Below, in pieces: positions 1-9,991 of a DNA stretch of 64,000 nucleotides; within the stretch, counting starts at the first letter, position 1, and each line of letters opens with the position of its first letter. The DNA comes from an uncultured Desulfospira sp. (GTDB lineage Bacteria > Desulfobacterota > Desulfobacteria > Desulfobacterales > Desulfobacteraceae): the NCBI GenBank assembly GCA_963663165.1, contig OY760175.1, positions 4,896,001 to 4,960,000 on the forward strand, written 5' to 3'. Made by a program: the position numbers and the translations under genes. The notes below the pieces were generated by a model. That model was not told the DNA's origin and searched no databases. It saw only the letters and a list, made by a program, of their open reading frames with translations.

Positions 1-1079
1 CCTTGGGTGAAGAATTCGGCCTTTCCCCAGGAATCAATGTAGAGGGCAAGCTCATCACCGCCCTTAAAGCCCTGGGCGCAGATCTGGTTCTGGACACCAA
101 CTTTGCAGCGGATCTGGTGATTATGGAAGAGGGCAGCGAACTTCTGAACCGCCTGGAAAAAAAGCGGGCCCTGCCCATGTTCACCTCCTGCTGTCCGGCC
201 TGGATTTCCTATGTGGAAAAAAATTATCCGGATTTTACCAGCCATGTATCCACCACCCGATCCCCCCAGCAGTGTTTCGGGGCCATTGCCAAAACCTTTC
301 TGGCCCAAAAGGCGGGCTGGTCCCCTGAGCAGATGCGGGTGGTCTCCATCATGCCCTGTACCGCCAAAAAAGGGGAGGCCCAGCGGCCTGAATTCAGCAA
401 GAACGGCCGGCCGGATGTGGATGTGGTCCTCACCACCCGGGAGTTGGCCCGGCTGCTTCGGCGGGAAGGCATTGCCCTGGGCGATCTGGAACCGGATGGC
501 TTTGACAACCCCTGGATGGGCACCTGGTCCGGCGCGGCCGTGATTTTCGGGTCCACCGGCGGGGTGATGGAGGCGGCGGTGCGGACGGTTCACCAGGTGG
601 TGACCGGCAAGGAGCTGGGCCAGGTGATATTTGACCAGGTCCGGGGCGATGACCGGGTCCGGGAAGCCACGGTAGACTTTGGGGACGGCAAGGGGTCTGT
701 CAAGGTGGCGGTGGTTCACACCCTGAAAGCCGCGGACAAGATCCTTAAACAGCTGGCGGCCGGCCAATGTGACTACCATTTTGTTGAGGTGATGGCCTGT
801 CCGGGCGGCTGTGCCGGCGGCGGGGGACAGCCGAGAAGCAAACATGCCTTCCAGGCCGGGGCACCCTTACGCCGGGAAGGCCTATACCAGATTGACGAGA
901 CATCGGCCGTGCGCCAGTCCCACAACAATCCCCAGATTGCCAAACTTTATAAGGAATTTCTCGGGGCGCCGTTGGGGCACAAGTCCCATGAACTGCTGCA
1001 CACCCGGTATATGAACCGCAGCCGGAAAGTCTCCCGCACCATGAGTGAAATCTGGCGGGAGATTGAAGAAAGAGCATAA
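1..1079 (+). CDS. hydA: [FeFe]-hydrogenase group A catalytic subunit, 3' part (5' end outside window)
   Basis: H-cluster motifs L1 MFTSCCPAW, L2 SIMPCTAKKGE, L3 EVMACPGGCAGGGGQP; C-terminal small-subunit-like SHNNP...HELLHT. Confidence 0.95.
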   Translation, partial: LGEEFGLSPGINVEGKLITALKALGADLVLDTNFAADLVIMEEGSELLNRLEKKRALPMFTSCCPAWISYVEKNYPDFTSHVSTTRSPQQCFGAIAKTFLAQKAGWSPEQMRVVSIMPCTAKKGEAQRPEFSKNGRPDVDVVLTTRELARLLRREGIALGDLEPDGFDNPWMGTWSGAAVIFGSTGGVMEAAVRTVHQVVTGKELGQVIFDQVRGDDRVREATVDFGDGKGSVKVAVVHTLKAADKILKQLAAGQCDYHFVEVMACPGGCAGGGGQPRSKHAFQAGAPLRREGLYQIDETSAVRQSHNNPQIAKLYKEFLGAPLGHKSHELLHTRYMNRSRKVSRTMSEIWREIEERA

Positions 1080-1093
1080 TAAGGAAGAATTTT

Positions 1094-3208
1094 ATGGCGA
1101 ACAGTCTGTATATTACCCCCACTGAAACCCGAAGCGGAAAATCCCTGGTTGTTCTTGGCATCATGCAGCTTTTGCTCAAAGATATCAGAATTGTAGGATT
1201 TTTCAGGCCCATTATCAACCCTGGTGAAAAGGGGGCAAGGGATCATGATATTGATCTGGTCCTTTCCCACTTTTACCTGGGGATCCAATATGAGGAAACC
1301 TACGCCTACACCCTGGAGGAGGCCAAGCAGATGGTCAACTCCGGGCGCCAGGCCCAGATGATGGAAACCATTTTAGACAAGTATAAAGCCCTGGAGGAAA
1401 AGTGCCGGTTTGTCCTGTGCGAGGGCACTGATTTTGCCGCCGGGTCCGAGGCCTTTGAATTTGATATCAATGCTGATATCATGGCTGACCTGGGATGTCC
1501 GGCCCTGGTGGTCTCCAACGGATTTGAAAAACAGATGGAACAGGTGGTCAGCTCCTGTCAGCTGGCCGTGGAAAGCCTGATCCACCGGGGGGTGGATGTG
1601 CTGGCCCTCATGGTCAACCGGGCGGCACCCGATGGCCTGGCCAGCCTTAAGATAGAGCTGGATATGGCCATCTCCCGGCCCGAGGTGCTGGTGTATACCA
1701 TTCCCGAAACCCCGGCCCTGAACCGGCCGTCGGTCAGGGATTTGATCCAGCCGGTGGATGCCCAGGTCATTTACGGCCGGAATGCCCTGGAAAACCAGAT
1801 TTCCGGGAGCCTGATCGCGGCCATGCTGTCCCCTAATTTTTTGGATCACATTAAAAAAGACAACCTGGTGGTGACCTCCGGGGACCGCTCCAGCATAGTC
1901 CTCACCTGTCTGGCCTCCCGGCACTCCATGGCCTATCCGGATATTGCGGGCATCCTGGTCACCGGAGGGATTCCCATCCCCGATTCCGTGATGCGGCTTA
2001 TCAATGGGTGGACAGAGCTGCCCGTGCCCATTCTCCAGACCCGGATGGACACCCATTCGGCCGTCAAGGCCGTTGACCAGGTCTATGGCCGGATCTGCGC
2101 CGATGACCCCCGGCGCATTGCCCTGGGGCTGGGGATCTTTGAATCCAGTGTGGATGCCGCATCTTTCAGGCAGCGGCTTTCCGCCAGGAAATCCGTGCGG
2201 ATCACCCCCCAGATGTTTGAGTACAGCCTTATTGAAAAGGCCAAGAAAGACCGCCAGCATATTGTGCTGCCCGAGGGCACCAGTGAGCGGATTCTAAAGG
2301 CTGCGGACATTCTGCTGCGCCGTTCGTTCTGCGATATTACCCTGCTGGGCAAAACCGATGATGTGTTGCGACGGATCAAGGAACTTGGTCTGAACCTGAC
2401 CCAGGCCCGGATCGTCCAGCCCGATGAAAGCCCGCTGCTGGATGATTATGCCAAGACTTATTTTGAATTGAGAAAACACAAAGGCGTTACCCTTGACATG
2501 GCCAGGGATACATTAACGGATCCCTCCTATTTTGGGACCATGATGGTCCACAAAGGGGATGCCGACGGCATGGTGTCCGGATCCGTGAATACCACGGCCC
2601 ATACCATCCTGCCGGCGTTTCAGATCATCAAAACCCAGCCGGGATGTACCATTGTGTCCTCAATATTTCTCATGTGCCTTAAAGACCGGGTCCTGGTTTT
2701 TGGCGATTGTGCCGTTAACCCCAACCCCACGGCCTCCCAGCTGGCGGAAATCGCCGTGGCATCGGCCAGGACAGCGGCTATTTTCGGCATTGAGCCCCGG
2801 GTGGCCATGCTGTCCTATTCCACAGGATCTTCGGGTTCCGGAGCCGATGTGGACAAGGTCATCCAGGCCACGGCCCAGGCTCGCAAGGCAGCCCCGGACC
2901 TTCCCATTGAAGGGCCCATTCAGTATGATGCCGCCATTGACCCCACGGTGGCCATGACCAAACTGCCCAACTCCCAGGTGGCCGGAAGGGCCACGGTATT
3001 TATCTTTCCGGACCTGAACACCGGGAACAATACCTACAAGGCCGTGCAGCGGGCTTCGGACAAAGCCGTGGCCATCGGCCCGGTCCTTCAGGGGTTGAAC
3101 CGGCCCATTAACGATTTAAGCCGGGGATGTACGGTACCGGATATTGTCAACACCGTGGCCATCACCGCCATCCAGGCCCAGGCCGGCAAGGCCCGGCGCG
3201 GGACCTGA
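1094..3208 (+). CDS. pta: phosphate acetyltransferase (long form with N-terminal P-loop/DRTGG domains)
   Basis: 704 aa; N-terminal SGKS, DRTGG-like middle, PTA motifs DGMVSG, GPIQYDAA, FPDLNTGNNTYK, DLSRGC. Confidence 0.95.
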   Translation: MANSLYITPTETRSGKSLVVLGIMQLLLKDIRIVGFFRPIINPGEKGARDHDIDLVLSHFYLGIQYEETYAYTLEEAKQMVNSGRQAQMMETILDKYKALEEKCRFVLCEGTDFAAGSEAFEFDINADIMADLGCPALVVSNGFEKQMEQVVSSCQLAVESLIHRGVDVLALMVNRAAPDGLASLKIELDMAISRPEVLVYTIPETPALNRPSVRDLIQPVDAQVIYGRNALENQISGSLIAAMLSPNFLDHIKKDNLVVTSGDRSSIVLTCLASRHSMAYPDIAGILVTGGIPIPDSVMRLINGWTELPVPILQTRMDTHSAVKAVDQVYGRICADDPRRIALGLGIFESSVDAASFRQRLSARKSVRITPQMFEYSLIEKAKKDRQHIVLPEGTSERILKAADILLRRSFCDITLLGKTDDVLRRIKELGLNLTQARIVQPDESPLLDDYAKTYFELRKHKGVTLDMARDTLTDPSYFGTMMVHKGDADGMVSGSVNTTAHTILPAFQIIKTQPGCTIVSSIFLMCLKDRVLVFGDCAVNPNPTASQLAEIAVASARTAAIFGIEPRVAMLSYSTGSSGSGADVDKVIQATAQARKAAPDLPIEGPIQYDAAIDPTVAMTKLPNSQVAGRATVFIFPDLNTGNNTYKAVQRASDKAVAIGPVLQGLNRPINDLSRGCTVPDIVNTVAITAIQAQAGKARRGT

Positions 3209-3372
3209 ACCGTTCCGGTCCTGGGGTCCGGTTCTTCAGGGGGCGGGACGCCGGGCCGGGATTAGAACGGTTAGACGTTGCTGGATGTTCACCATTGGCC
3301 GTCAGCTTCTGGTTTCACCAGATTGGCTGACGGCCAATTGCTTTTTATTTTTTTTGATCGTATAAATTATAC

Positions 3373-4563
3373 ATGGAAAAAATGACCAGAAGACAATGGT
3401 TAACCCTGGCCGGGTCCATGGCCCCGGCCGTGGCCGGGATTTGCCTGGGGTTTCCTTATGATGCCTGTGCCGGGTTGTTTTCCAAAGGAAAATCTTTGGG
3501 GTCCGTTAAAGGGAAAATTTTCAAGAACGACGCCCCGTCAAGCCCCTGGCAATGGTCAGCCCCGGCCAGATTTTATCAGACGCTTGGCCAGAAGCGGGTC
3601 ATGTGCAGCACCTGCCCGAACCGGTGTGTCCTTTCTCCCGGGGACAGAAGTGTCTGCCGGTCCCGGGTCAACATTGACGGGACCCTTTACAGCCTGGCCT
3701 ATGGAAATCCCTGTGCCGTGAACGTGGACCCCATGGAAAAAAAGCCCCTGTTCCATTTTAAGGCGGGCACCTCTGTATTTTCCATTGCCTGTACCGGATG
3801 CAGTTTCCGGTGCCTGAACTGCCAGAACTGGGAGATTTCCCAGGTAAAGCCCGAAGATGTCCGGGCCAGGACTTTGTTTCCCGATCAGGTGGTGGAAAAG
3901 GCAGTGGAGACCCAAAGCCCGTCCATCGCCTATACTTATTCGGAAGCCACCACGTTTTACGAGTACATGACGGACACGGCCCAAAAGGCAAAGGAAAAGG
4001 GCCTGTCCAACATCTATATTTCCAATGGGTATATCAACCCGGAGCCTTTGGATTATCTTTGCCGGGTCATTGACGCCGCCAACGTCAACCTCAAGGCCTT
4101 TTCAGATCCCGTATACCAGGCCCTTAACGGGGGCCGGCTCAAACCGGTGCTGAACACCTTTGAGACCCTCCACGAAAAAGGGGTCCACTTCGAAATCACC
4201 AACCTGGTGGTCCCGGGGTATACGGATGATCCCGCCATGATGGAGGCCATGTGCCAGTGGATTCTGGATCGCCTGGGACCGGATCATCCCCTTCATTTTT
4301 TACGGTTTTTTCCCCAGTACCGGCTCAACCGCCTGCCCCCCACACCGGTGGATACCTTGACCCGGTTCAGGCAAAAGGCCATGGACATGGGGATCCGGTA
4401 TGTTTATGCGGGCAATGTCCCGGGCCATGAGGGCAACCATACCTACTGCCATAATTGCGGGAAAAAAATCGTGGAACGGAAAGGGTATGCCGCGCCAGTG
4501 GTTCATATCCGGGATTCCCGATGTGAATTCTGCGCCACCAAGATTCCCGGTGTATGGGGATAA
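3373..4563 (+). CDS. AmmeMemoRadiSam-system radical SAM enzyme with twin-arginine signal
   Basis: CxxCxxxC N-terminal Cys motif, DPMEKKPL, radical SAM CSFRCLNCQNW, RFFPQY, YAGNVPG; N-terminus MTRRQWL plus hydrophobic stretch. Confidence 0.85.
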   Translation: MEKMTRRQWLTLAGSMAPAVAGICLGFPYDACAGLFSKGKSLGSVKGKIFKNDAPSSPWQWSAPARFYQTLGQKRVMCSTCPNRCVLSPGDRSVCRSRVNIDGTLYSLAYGNPCAVNVDPMEKKPLFHFKAGTSVFSIACTGCSFRCLNCQNWEISQVKPEDVRARTLFPDQVVEKAVETQSPSIAYTYSEATTFYEYMTDTAQKAKEKGLSNIYISNGYINPEPLDYLCRVIDAANVNLKAFSDPVYQALNGGRLKPVLNTFETLHEKGVHFEITNLVVPGYTDDPAMMEAMCQWILDRLGPDHPLHFLRFFPQYRLNRLPPTPVDTLTRFRQKAMDMGIRYVYAGNVPGHEGNHTYCHNCGKKIVERKGYAAPVVHIRDSRCEFCATKIPGVWG

Positions 4564-4665
4564 ATCGGGCAGGCGCGCGGGTTGCCCGGTTTCCGGTTCC
4601 GGATTTTGGGCGGCCGGCCTTACGGCAGCTTTTTTACCCCAACCCGGTCCACTGATTAACGGGAC

Positions 4666-6591
4666 TTATCGTTTCATTTTTCGCCACAATGTGGTCCTGC
4701 TGATCCCCAGCTCTTTTGCCAGTTGTGATTTGTTTCCGGAAAGCTGATTCAGCTTTTCACTCAAAACAACCTGTTCAAACAAGGTCGTCATTTCATTTAA
4801 ATTGCCGCCCGGAAGCGCTTCGGCATGGCCGGAAGCAACACGGCTGTCTGATGAAACCGTCAGGGCCTCTTGCAAGAGGATTTTCGCCTCTGCCATGAAT
4901 TCCTTGGGTCCCATTATCTCCAATGATGCAACCATCCGGCGCAGGAGGTTTTCCAGTTCACGCACATTGCCCGGCCATGTATGCGACTGCAGAGCCTCCT
5001 TGTGGTGCATCAGCAGGCTGTAAATTTTTTTGGTCAAAGATCGGTCCGGACAGATGCGGTACAGGATGGTTCTGGTTAAGGGCAGAATATCTTCTTTCCT
5101 TTGGGACAGCGGCGGAATTTCCATGTGCAGGATATTGAGCCGGTGATACAGGTCCAGACGGAATCGATCTTGTTTTATGGCCTCGTCAAGCTGTCTGTTG
5201 GTTGCGGTGATTATTCGGACATCCACCGGAATTATTTTGGCGTCGCCGATGCGCATGATTTCTTTTTCCTGCAGCACACGAAGCAGCAGGACCTGGGTTT
5301 CCAGGGATATTTCCCCGATCTCGTCAAGAAAGATGGTCCCGCCGTGAGCCAGTTCAAAAAGACCTTGTTTCCCCCCTCGTAAGGCGCCGGTAAAAGCGCC
5401 TTCAGCGTAGCCGAACAACTCGCTTTCCAGCAGATTGGCCGGGATGGTGGCACAGCTGACGGCAACAAAAGGGTGATCGCGCCGCGGGCTGGCATTGTGC
5501 AGGCTTTGTGCAAAAATTTCCTTTCCGGTGCCGGTCTCGCCGGTGATCAGTACGGTTTCGTCCGATTTGGCATAATGTCGTGCGCGCTTTACAATTTTTA
5601 TGGCCGCAGGGCTTTTGGCAATAATATCATCAAACGTCAGTTTGGCGTGAAGTGATTTTTGATGCGCCGCCCGCCGTATTTTTTCCTCTAATGACCGGAT
5701 ATGCGACAATTCCTGAAAGGTAATAATGGTGCCGACAAATCGTTTTCTGTCATGAATTGGTATGGTGTTGACCATCAGCTGATTCTTGCCAAAGGCCTTG
5801 ATTTCGGCAAGGCGGGGCACTGCCCGTGATTTGCTGGGACAGATGAGGCCGTTGGGCATTATATCACCGGCTTTCTTGCCAAGCACTTCGCTGCCCGACA
5901 GCATCAGCATACGCTCGGCTGCCGGATTGAAAACGGTTATGATGTTATGGTGGTCGGTTACGACAATTCCGGAAGAAGCAAACTGCACCGTATACTTAAA
6001 CTTCATGGCTTCATAGCGTTCTTTGCGCTGTACGGCGGAAATCTGCCTGGCCTGCTGATAAGCCTGTTCTATCATTTCAGGTCCGGGAAGCAGTGTCACG
6101 AAATTAAAACCGATATCACGGGCTATGCCTTCATTGATGCCGCCGCCGACACCGCACACACAGCCGTCCTGCCGGGCCTGTCGTATTTTTTCCGAGGCAT
6201 CCTCAGGCCCTACAAATACATAGGCCTTGACCGGGCATTCGAGCATGGCGCTGATGGCATCAAGGCGGGGGCTGCTTTCATGGGGTTCAAACATGGCAAC
6301 AGGTCCACCGAAAAGCCGTTTGGCTTCATTGACCGCAACGGCAATATCAAAGGTGCTCATGGGGATATGAACCACAGGAACGGAACAGGTTGACCGGAGC
6401 TTTCGTGAATGAAAAGCCGTGGTCACGATAACCTCACAACCGATCTTTTCGATTTTGCGCAATGTCGATTCGGCCCCGTCCATGACACTGTCTTCGAAAA
6501 TATGGGGAGGGGACTGGCTTTCTGCAAAATGGGAATACAGTCGTGAGGTGAGTTTTGGATATGGTGATATGAAACAAATTTTATAGCTCAT
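4666..6591 (-). CDS. PrpR-like sigma54-dependent activator (PrpR_N-PAS-AAA-HTH)
   Basis: GETGTGKE, ESELFG, GAFTGA, LFLDEIG-like, WPGNVREL, Fis-type HTH; start placed at MSYKICF. Confidence 0.9.
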   Translation of the reverse strand: MSYKICFISPYPKLTSRLYSHFAESQSPPHIFEDSVMDGAESTLRKIEKIGCEVIVTTAFHSRKLRSTCSVPVVHIPMSTFDIAVAVNEAKRLFGGPVAMFEPHESSPRLDAISAMLECPVKAYVFVGPEDASEKIRQARQDGCVCGVGGGINEGIARDIGFNFVTLLPGPEMIEQAYQQARQISAVQRKERYEAMKFKYTVQFASSGIVVTDHHNIITVFNPAAERMLMLSGSEVLGKKAGDIMPNGLICPSKSRAVPRLAEIKAFGKNQLMVNTIPIHDRKRFVGTIITFQELSHIRSLEEKIRRAAHQKSLHAKLTFDDIIAKSPAAIKIVKRARHYAKSDETVLITGETGTGKEIFAQSLHNASPRRDHPFVAVSCATIPANLLESELFGYAEGAFTGALRGGKQGLFELAHGGTIFLDEIGEISLETQVLLLRVLQEKEIMRIGDAKIIPVDVRIITATNRQLDEAIKQDRFRLDLYHRLNILHMEIPPLSQRKEDILPLTRTILYRICPDRSLTKKIYSLLMHHKEALQSHTWPGNVRELENLLRRMVASLEIMGPKEFMAEAKILLQEALTVSSDSRVASGHAEALPGGNLNEMTTLFEQVVLSEKLNQLSGNKSQLAKELGISRTTLWRKMKR

Positions 6592-6849
6592 TAAGGCAGT
6601 CTCCAAATGCTCAATTCTTTTAGTTCCAGTAGCAGAAGTGTGGCGCCAAAGCAACTGATTTTTCATAAATGAAACACTCATGTTGTAAAAATGAAACATC
6701 AGCCATTGGGCGGGCTCAATGTTTTTAAAAATGGAAGGACAGACCGGCAGTGAAAATGGTTTTTGCAGACGAGCCGTATTCCGCGGGCATGGCCTTTTGC
6801 ATGATGGGGGCATATTCTTTTAAACAATATCGTCCCAAGGATGTAATTA

Positions 6850-6865
6850 TGGCATTTTCTTTGCT
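6850..6865 (+). promoter_or_regulatory. sigma54 -24/-12 promoter for the TRAP operon
   Basis: TGGCATTTTCTTTGCT = GG-N10-GC, next to a divergent sigma54 activator. Confidence 0.8.
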
Positions 6866-7047
6866 TAATGTGGGGCTATGAGGTGTTAAGAAGTGGGTGG
6901 GCCTAACACCGGCCAGAATAGGCGCCACCATAACTGCCATGGGCAGGCCATCCGGTTTAAGGCCTGCCACAATGAAACATGAAAGCCGTTGGCCGTCTGC
7001 CAGGGCTTTCAGAAAATGAGCGTTGCATCAATCAAAAGGAGGGTACA

Positions 7048-8103
7048 ATGAAAAACAGAAAAATGCGTCGATGTACAGTCGGTTTTGCTTTTTTGGCAGC
7101 CATAACTTTTGCAGCGATAGTGACAGCGGTTCCGGCCAAGGCGGAGCCTGTAACGTTAAAGCTGGCCAGTTTTCAACCCAGCACCAGCAAAACCCATGAA
7201 CAGTTTGTGGCATGGACCCAGTTGATCGAAAAAGAAACCGCCGGAAAAGTCAAATTCGTCCTGTTTCCCGGTTCAACCCTTTCAAAACCGCGGGATACCT
7301 ATAATTCTGTTGTCAACGGACTTGCCGACCTTGGCTGGACATTAAGCGGTTACAGCAAAGGCCGGTTTACAGTATCGGAAGTCATTGCCCTGCCTCTCGG
7401 CTTCGAAAATTCCATGCATGCGTCCCAGGTTATGTATGATCTTTATGATAAATATGAAGCTATCCGTGAGGAATACAAAGACGTTCATCTGTTGTGGCTC
7501 AGCCCCGGCAATATGCGCCAGATTCACTCCAGCGTCCCTATCCGGACCCCGGAAGATCTTAAAGGGCTCAAGGTCCGTGTGCCGGGTTCGGAAGCCGACT
7601 ATGTGCTGGGGTTATCGGCCGTCCCGGTTTCCATCGGCGGTCCGGAAGTATACGAAGCACTGGAACGGGGTGTTCTTGACGCAGATTTCCATCCCTGGGA
7701 GGCCGTCGTCACTTATCGCTGGTATGAAATCATCCGGTACCACACTCAGGCGGATCTCTACGGCGGGGGCCTGTTTATTTTTGCCATGAACAAAAACGTA
7801 TGGAACAAACTTCCGGCCGACGTACAGCAGGTTTTTGACAAATACAGCGGCCGATACGGCTCTTTTGAAGTTTCTGCCAAAGGCATGTGGGACAATTGGG
7901 ACAGCCACTACAAAGATTTTATCAAATCAAATACCCAGAACGAGGTAATTGAATGGAGTGCTGAAGACAAAGAAAGAGCGCAAAAGATGATGGGTGACAA
8001 AGTTGAACCCAAATGGCTCAAAGCCGCTGCCGCCAAAAAAGCTCCGGCACAGGAAATTCTTAACGATTGTAAACAGTTATTGAAAAAATACATGAATAAA
8101 TAA
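7048..8103 (+). CDS. dctP: TRAP transporter substrate-binding protein
   Basis: signal peptide ending AKA, DLKGLKVR, EVYEALERGVLD; AGGAGG RBS. Confidence 0.9.
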   Translation: MKNRKMRRCTVGFAFLAAITFAAIVTAVPAKAEPVTLKLASFQPSTSKTHEQFVAWTQLIEKETAGKVKFVLFPGSTLSKPRDTYNSVVNGLADLGWTLSGYSKGRFTVSEVIALPLGFENSMHASQVMYDLYDKYEAIREEYKDVHLLWLSPGNMRQIHSSVPIRTPEDLKGLKVRVPGSEADYVLGLSAVPVSIGGPEVYEALERGVLDADFHPWEAVVTYRWYEIIRYHTQADLYGGGLFIFAMNKNVWNKLPADVQQVFDKYSGRYGSFEVSAKGMWDNWDSHYKDFIKSNTQNEVIEWSAEDKERAQKMMGDKVEPKWLKAAAAKKAPAQEILNDCKQLLKKYMNK

Positions 8104-8113
8104 AAGGCATGCC

Positions 8114-8632
8114 ATGAACGACGCAATGAAAGGCGGCACAGTAAACACGGTCTTGCAATACATCAACACCATTTCGCGGGGGTTCTGGTTTGTCAGCTTC
8201 GCCACACTGGTGCTCATGATGCTGCTCACGGCAACCGACGTATTCGGCAGATATTTTTTCAAACATCCGGTGCGTGATGCCCTGGAGCTGACCGAATTGC
8301 TGCAGGTAATAACGGTTGCTGCGGGGCTTGGCTACACCCAGAAGCTCAAAGGCCATATCGCGGTCGACTTGCTCACCAATCAACTGCCCCAAAGCTGGCA
8401 AAAGGGATGTGAGGCATTTGGCAATCTGATCTGTCTTATGCTGTTCGCCCTGTTTTCATGGCAGGCCTTTAATGGTGCCCTCATGGAGTGGAACAACGGT
8501 GTTACCGTCGGTTCATATGAAATACCGGTCTGGCCGTTTTACGGCTTTCTGGCCATGGGTTGCCTGGTTACATTCCTGTCGTTTCTGTCTGATTTGTTAA
8601 CATTATTTATCCCGGAGGAAATTACAAAATGA
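8114..8632 (+). CDS. dctQ: TRAP transporter small permease
   Basis: 4 TM segments, DVFGRY, HIAVD motif, between dctP and dctM. Confidence 0.9.
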   Translation: MNDAMKGGTVNTVLQYINTISRGFWFVSFATLVLMMLLTATDVFGRYFFKHPVRDALELTELLQVITVAAGLGYTQKLKGHIAVDLLTNQLPQSWQKGCEAFGNLICLMLFALFSWQAFNGALMEWNNGVTVGSYEIPVWPFYGFLAMGCLVTFLSFLSDLLTLFIPEEITK

Positions 8633-9927
8633 TTACCACCGGCATTCTTATCTGTCTGGTCCTCGTTATCCTGATCTTGCTGCAAGTTCCTGTCGGTGCG
8701 GCCCTGGCCTTTGTCGGATTTTTGGGAATGATCCTGATCACCAACTTGAATTCGGCATTGGGAGCGCTGTCAACAAGCGTGTATTCGTGTATCGCATCCT
8801 ATTCCATGAGCGTTGTGCCGCTGTTTGTTCTGATGGGGTATTTTGCCTTTCACGCCGGCCTCAGTCATGACATCTACCGGGCCGCCAATATCTGGCTGTC
8901 CAGGATCAAAGGCGGTATGGCCATCGCTACCATCATCGGATGCGGCGGATTTGCCGCATGCTGCGGGTCGAGTGTGGCCACCGGTGCCACCATGACGGCC
9001 ATTGCCCTGCCGGAAATGCGAAAATATGGTTATGATGAACGGTTGATCACAGGAAGCCTTGCCGCCGGCGGCGTTATCGGCATCCTAATCCCCCCAAGCA
9101 TTTGTTTTGTGGTGTACGGTATCATCACGGAGCTGTCCATCGGAAAATTGTTCATTGCGGGCATCCTGCCGGGAATTCTTGAGGTGGTCTCTTTTATTAT
9201 CACCATCCAGATTCTATGTAAGCTCAACCCCGACTTTGCGCCACAGGGTGCCGGCGAAACGCTGCCCCTTAAGGAAAAAATCGGAGCGCTTATCCGCACC
9301 TGGCCGATTCTGCTGCTTTTTGGCATTGTCATCGGCGGCATTTACGGGGGGATCTTCACCCCGACCGAAGCGGGCGGTATAGGCGCTTTCGGCGCTTTGG
9401 TGCTGATGGGTATCCGGGGCAGGCTGAACCGTGAAAATCTGGCCAAATCCCTGAATCAGACCGCGCGCACCACGGCAATGGTCTTTTTTATTTTGATCGG
9501 CGCCACGATCTTTGGCTATCTGCTGGCCGTAAGCCAGCTTCCCATGGAGGTGGCCGGCTGGATTGCCCCGCTGCCCGTAAACCGGTACGTTATTCTCACG
9601 GCCGTGCTGCTGCTGATTACCGCCTTGGGATTGTTAATGGATACACTGGCGATTCTGCTCCTTGTCATCCCCGTGATTTTTCCGACCATTCTGAACCTTG
9701 GTTTTGATCCCATCTGGTTCGGGGTGATCATGGTCAAGGTTTCGGAAATCGCACTGATCACCCCGCCGGTGGGCCTCAACGTTTATGTGGTTAAGGGCGC
9801 CGCATCGGATGTCAAATTAACGACCATATTCAAGGGGATCGTTCCATTCCTGATTGCAGATGTCCTTAATGTGGTTTTGCTGATCATGTTCCCCCAGATA
9901 GCCCTGTTTCTGCCGAATATGATGTAA
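8629..9927 (+). CDS. dctM: TRAP transporter large permease
   Basis: GSSVAT, LIPPS, TPTEAG, ITPPVGLN; ATGA overlap with dctQ. Confidence 0.95.
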   Translation: MITTGILICLVLVILILLQVPVGAALAFVGFLGMILITNLNSALGALSTSVYSCIASYSMSVVPLFVLMGYFAFHAGLSHDIYRAANIWLSRIKGGMAIATIIGCGGFAACCGSSVATGATMTAIALPEMRKYGYDERLITGSLAAGGVIGILIPPSICFVVYGIITELSIGKLFIAGILPGILEVVSFIITIQILCKLNPDFAPQGAGETLPLKEKIGALIRTWPILLLFGIVIGGIYGGIFTPTEAGGIGAFGALVLMGIRGRLNRENLAKSLNQTARTTAMVFFILIGATIFGYLLAVSQLPMEVAGWIAPLPVNRYVILTAVLLLITALGLLMDTLAILLLVIPVIFPTILNLGFDPIWFGVIMVKVSEIALITPPVGLNVYVVKGAASDVKLTTIFKGIVPFLIADVLNVVLLIMFPQIALFLPNMM

Positions 9928-9991
9928 AAAAGGAACCACATTTTATGTTGACCAATCTAAACTGACTCAATAAAAAAGGAAGTACGATACA

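Noticed and set aside
1373..2260. 295-aa antisense ORF in pta and similar shadow ORFs
   Set aside because: Explained by GC3 bias opposite real genes
6592..6813. N-terminal extension of the sigma54 activator
   Set aside because: Overlaps the divergent regulatory region; domain starts at MSYKICF
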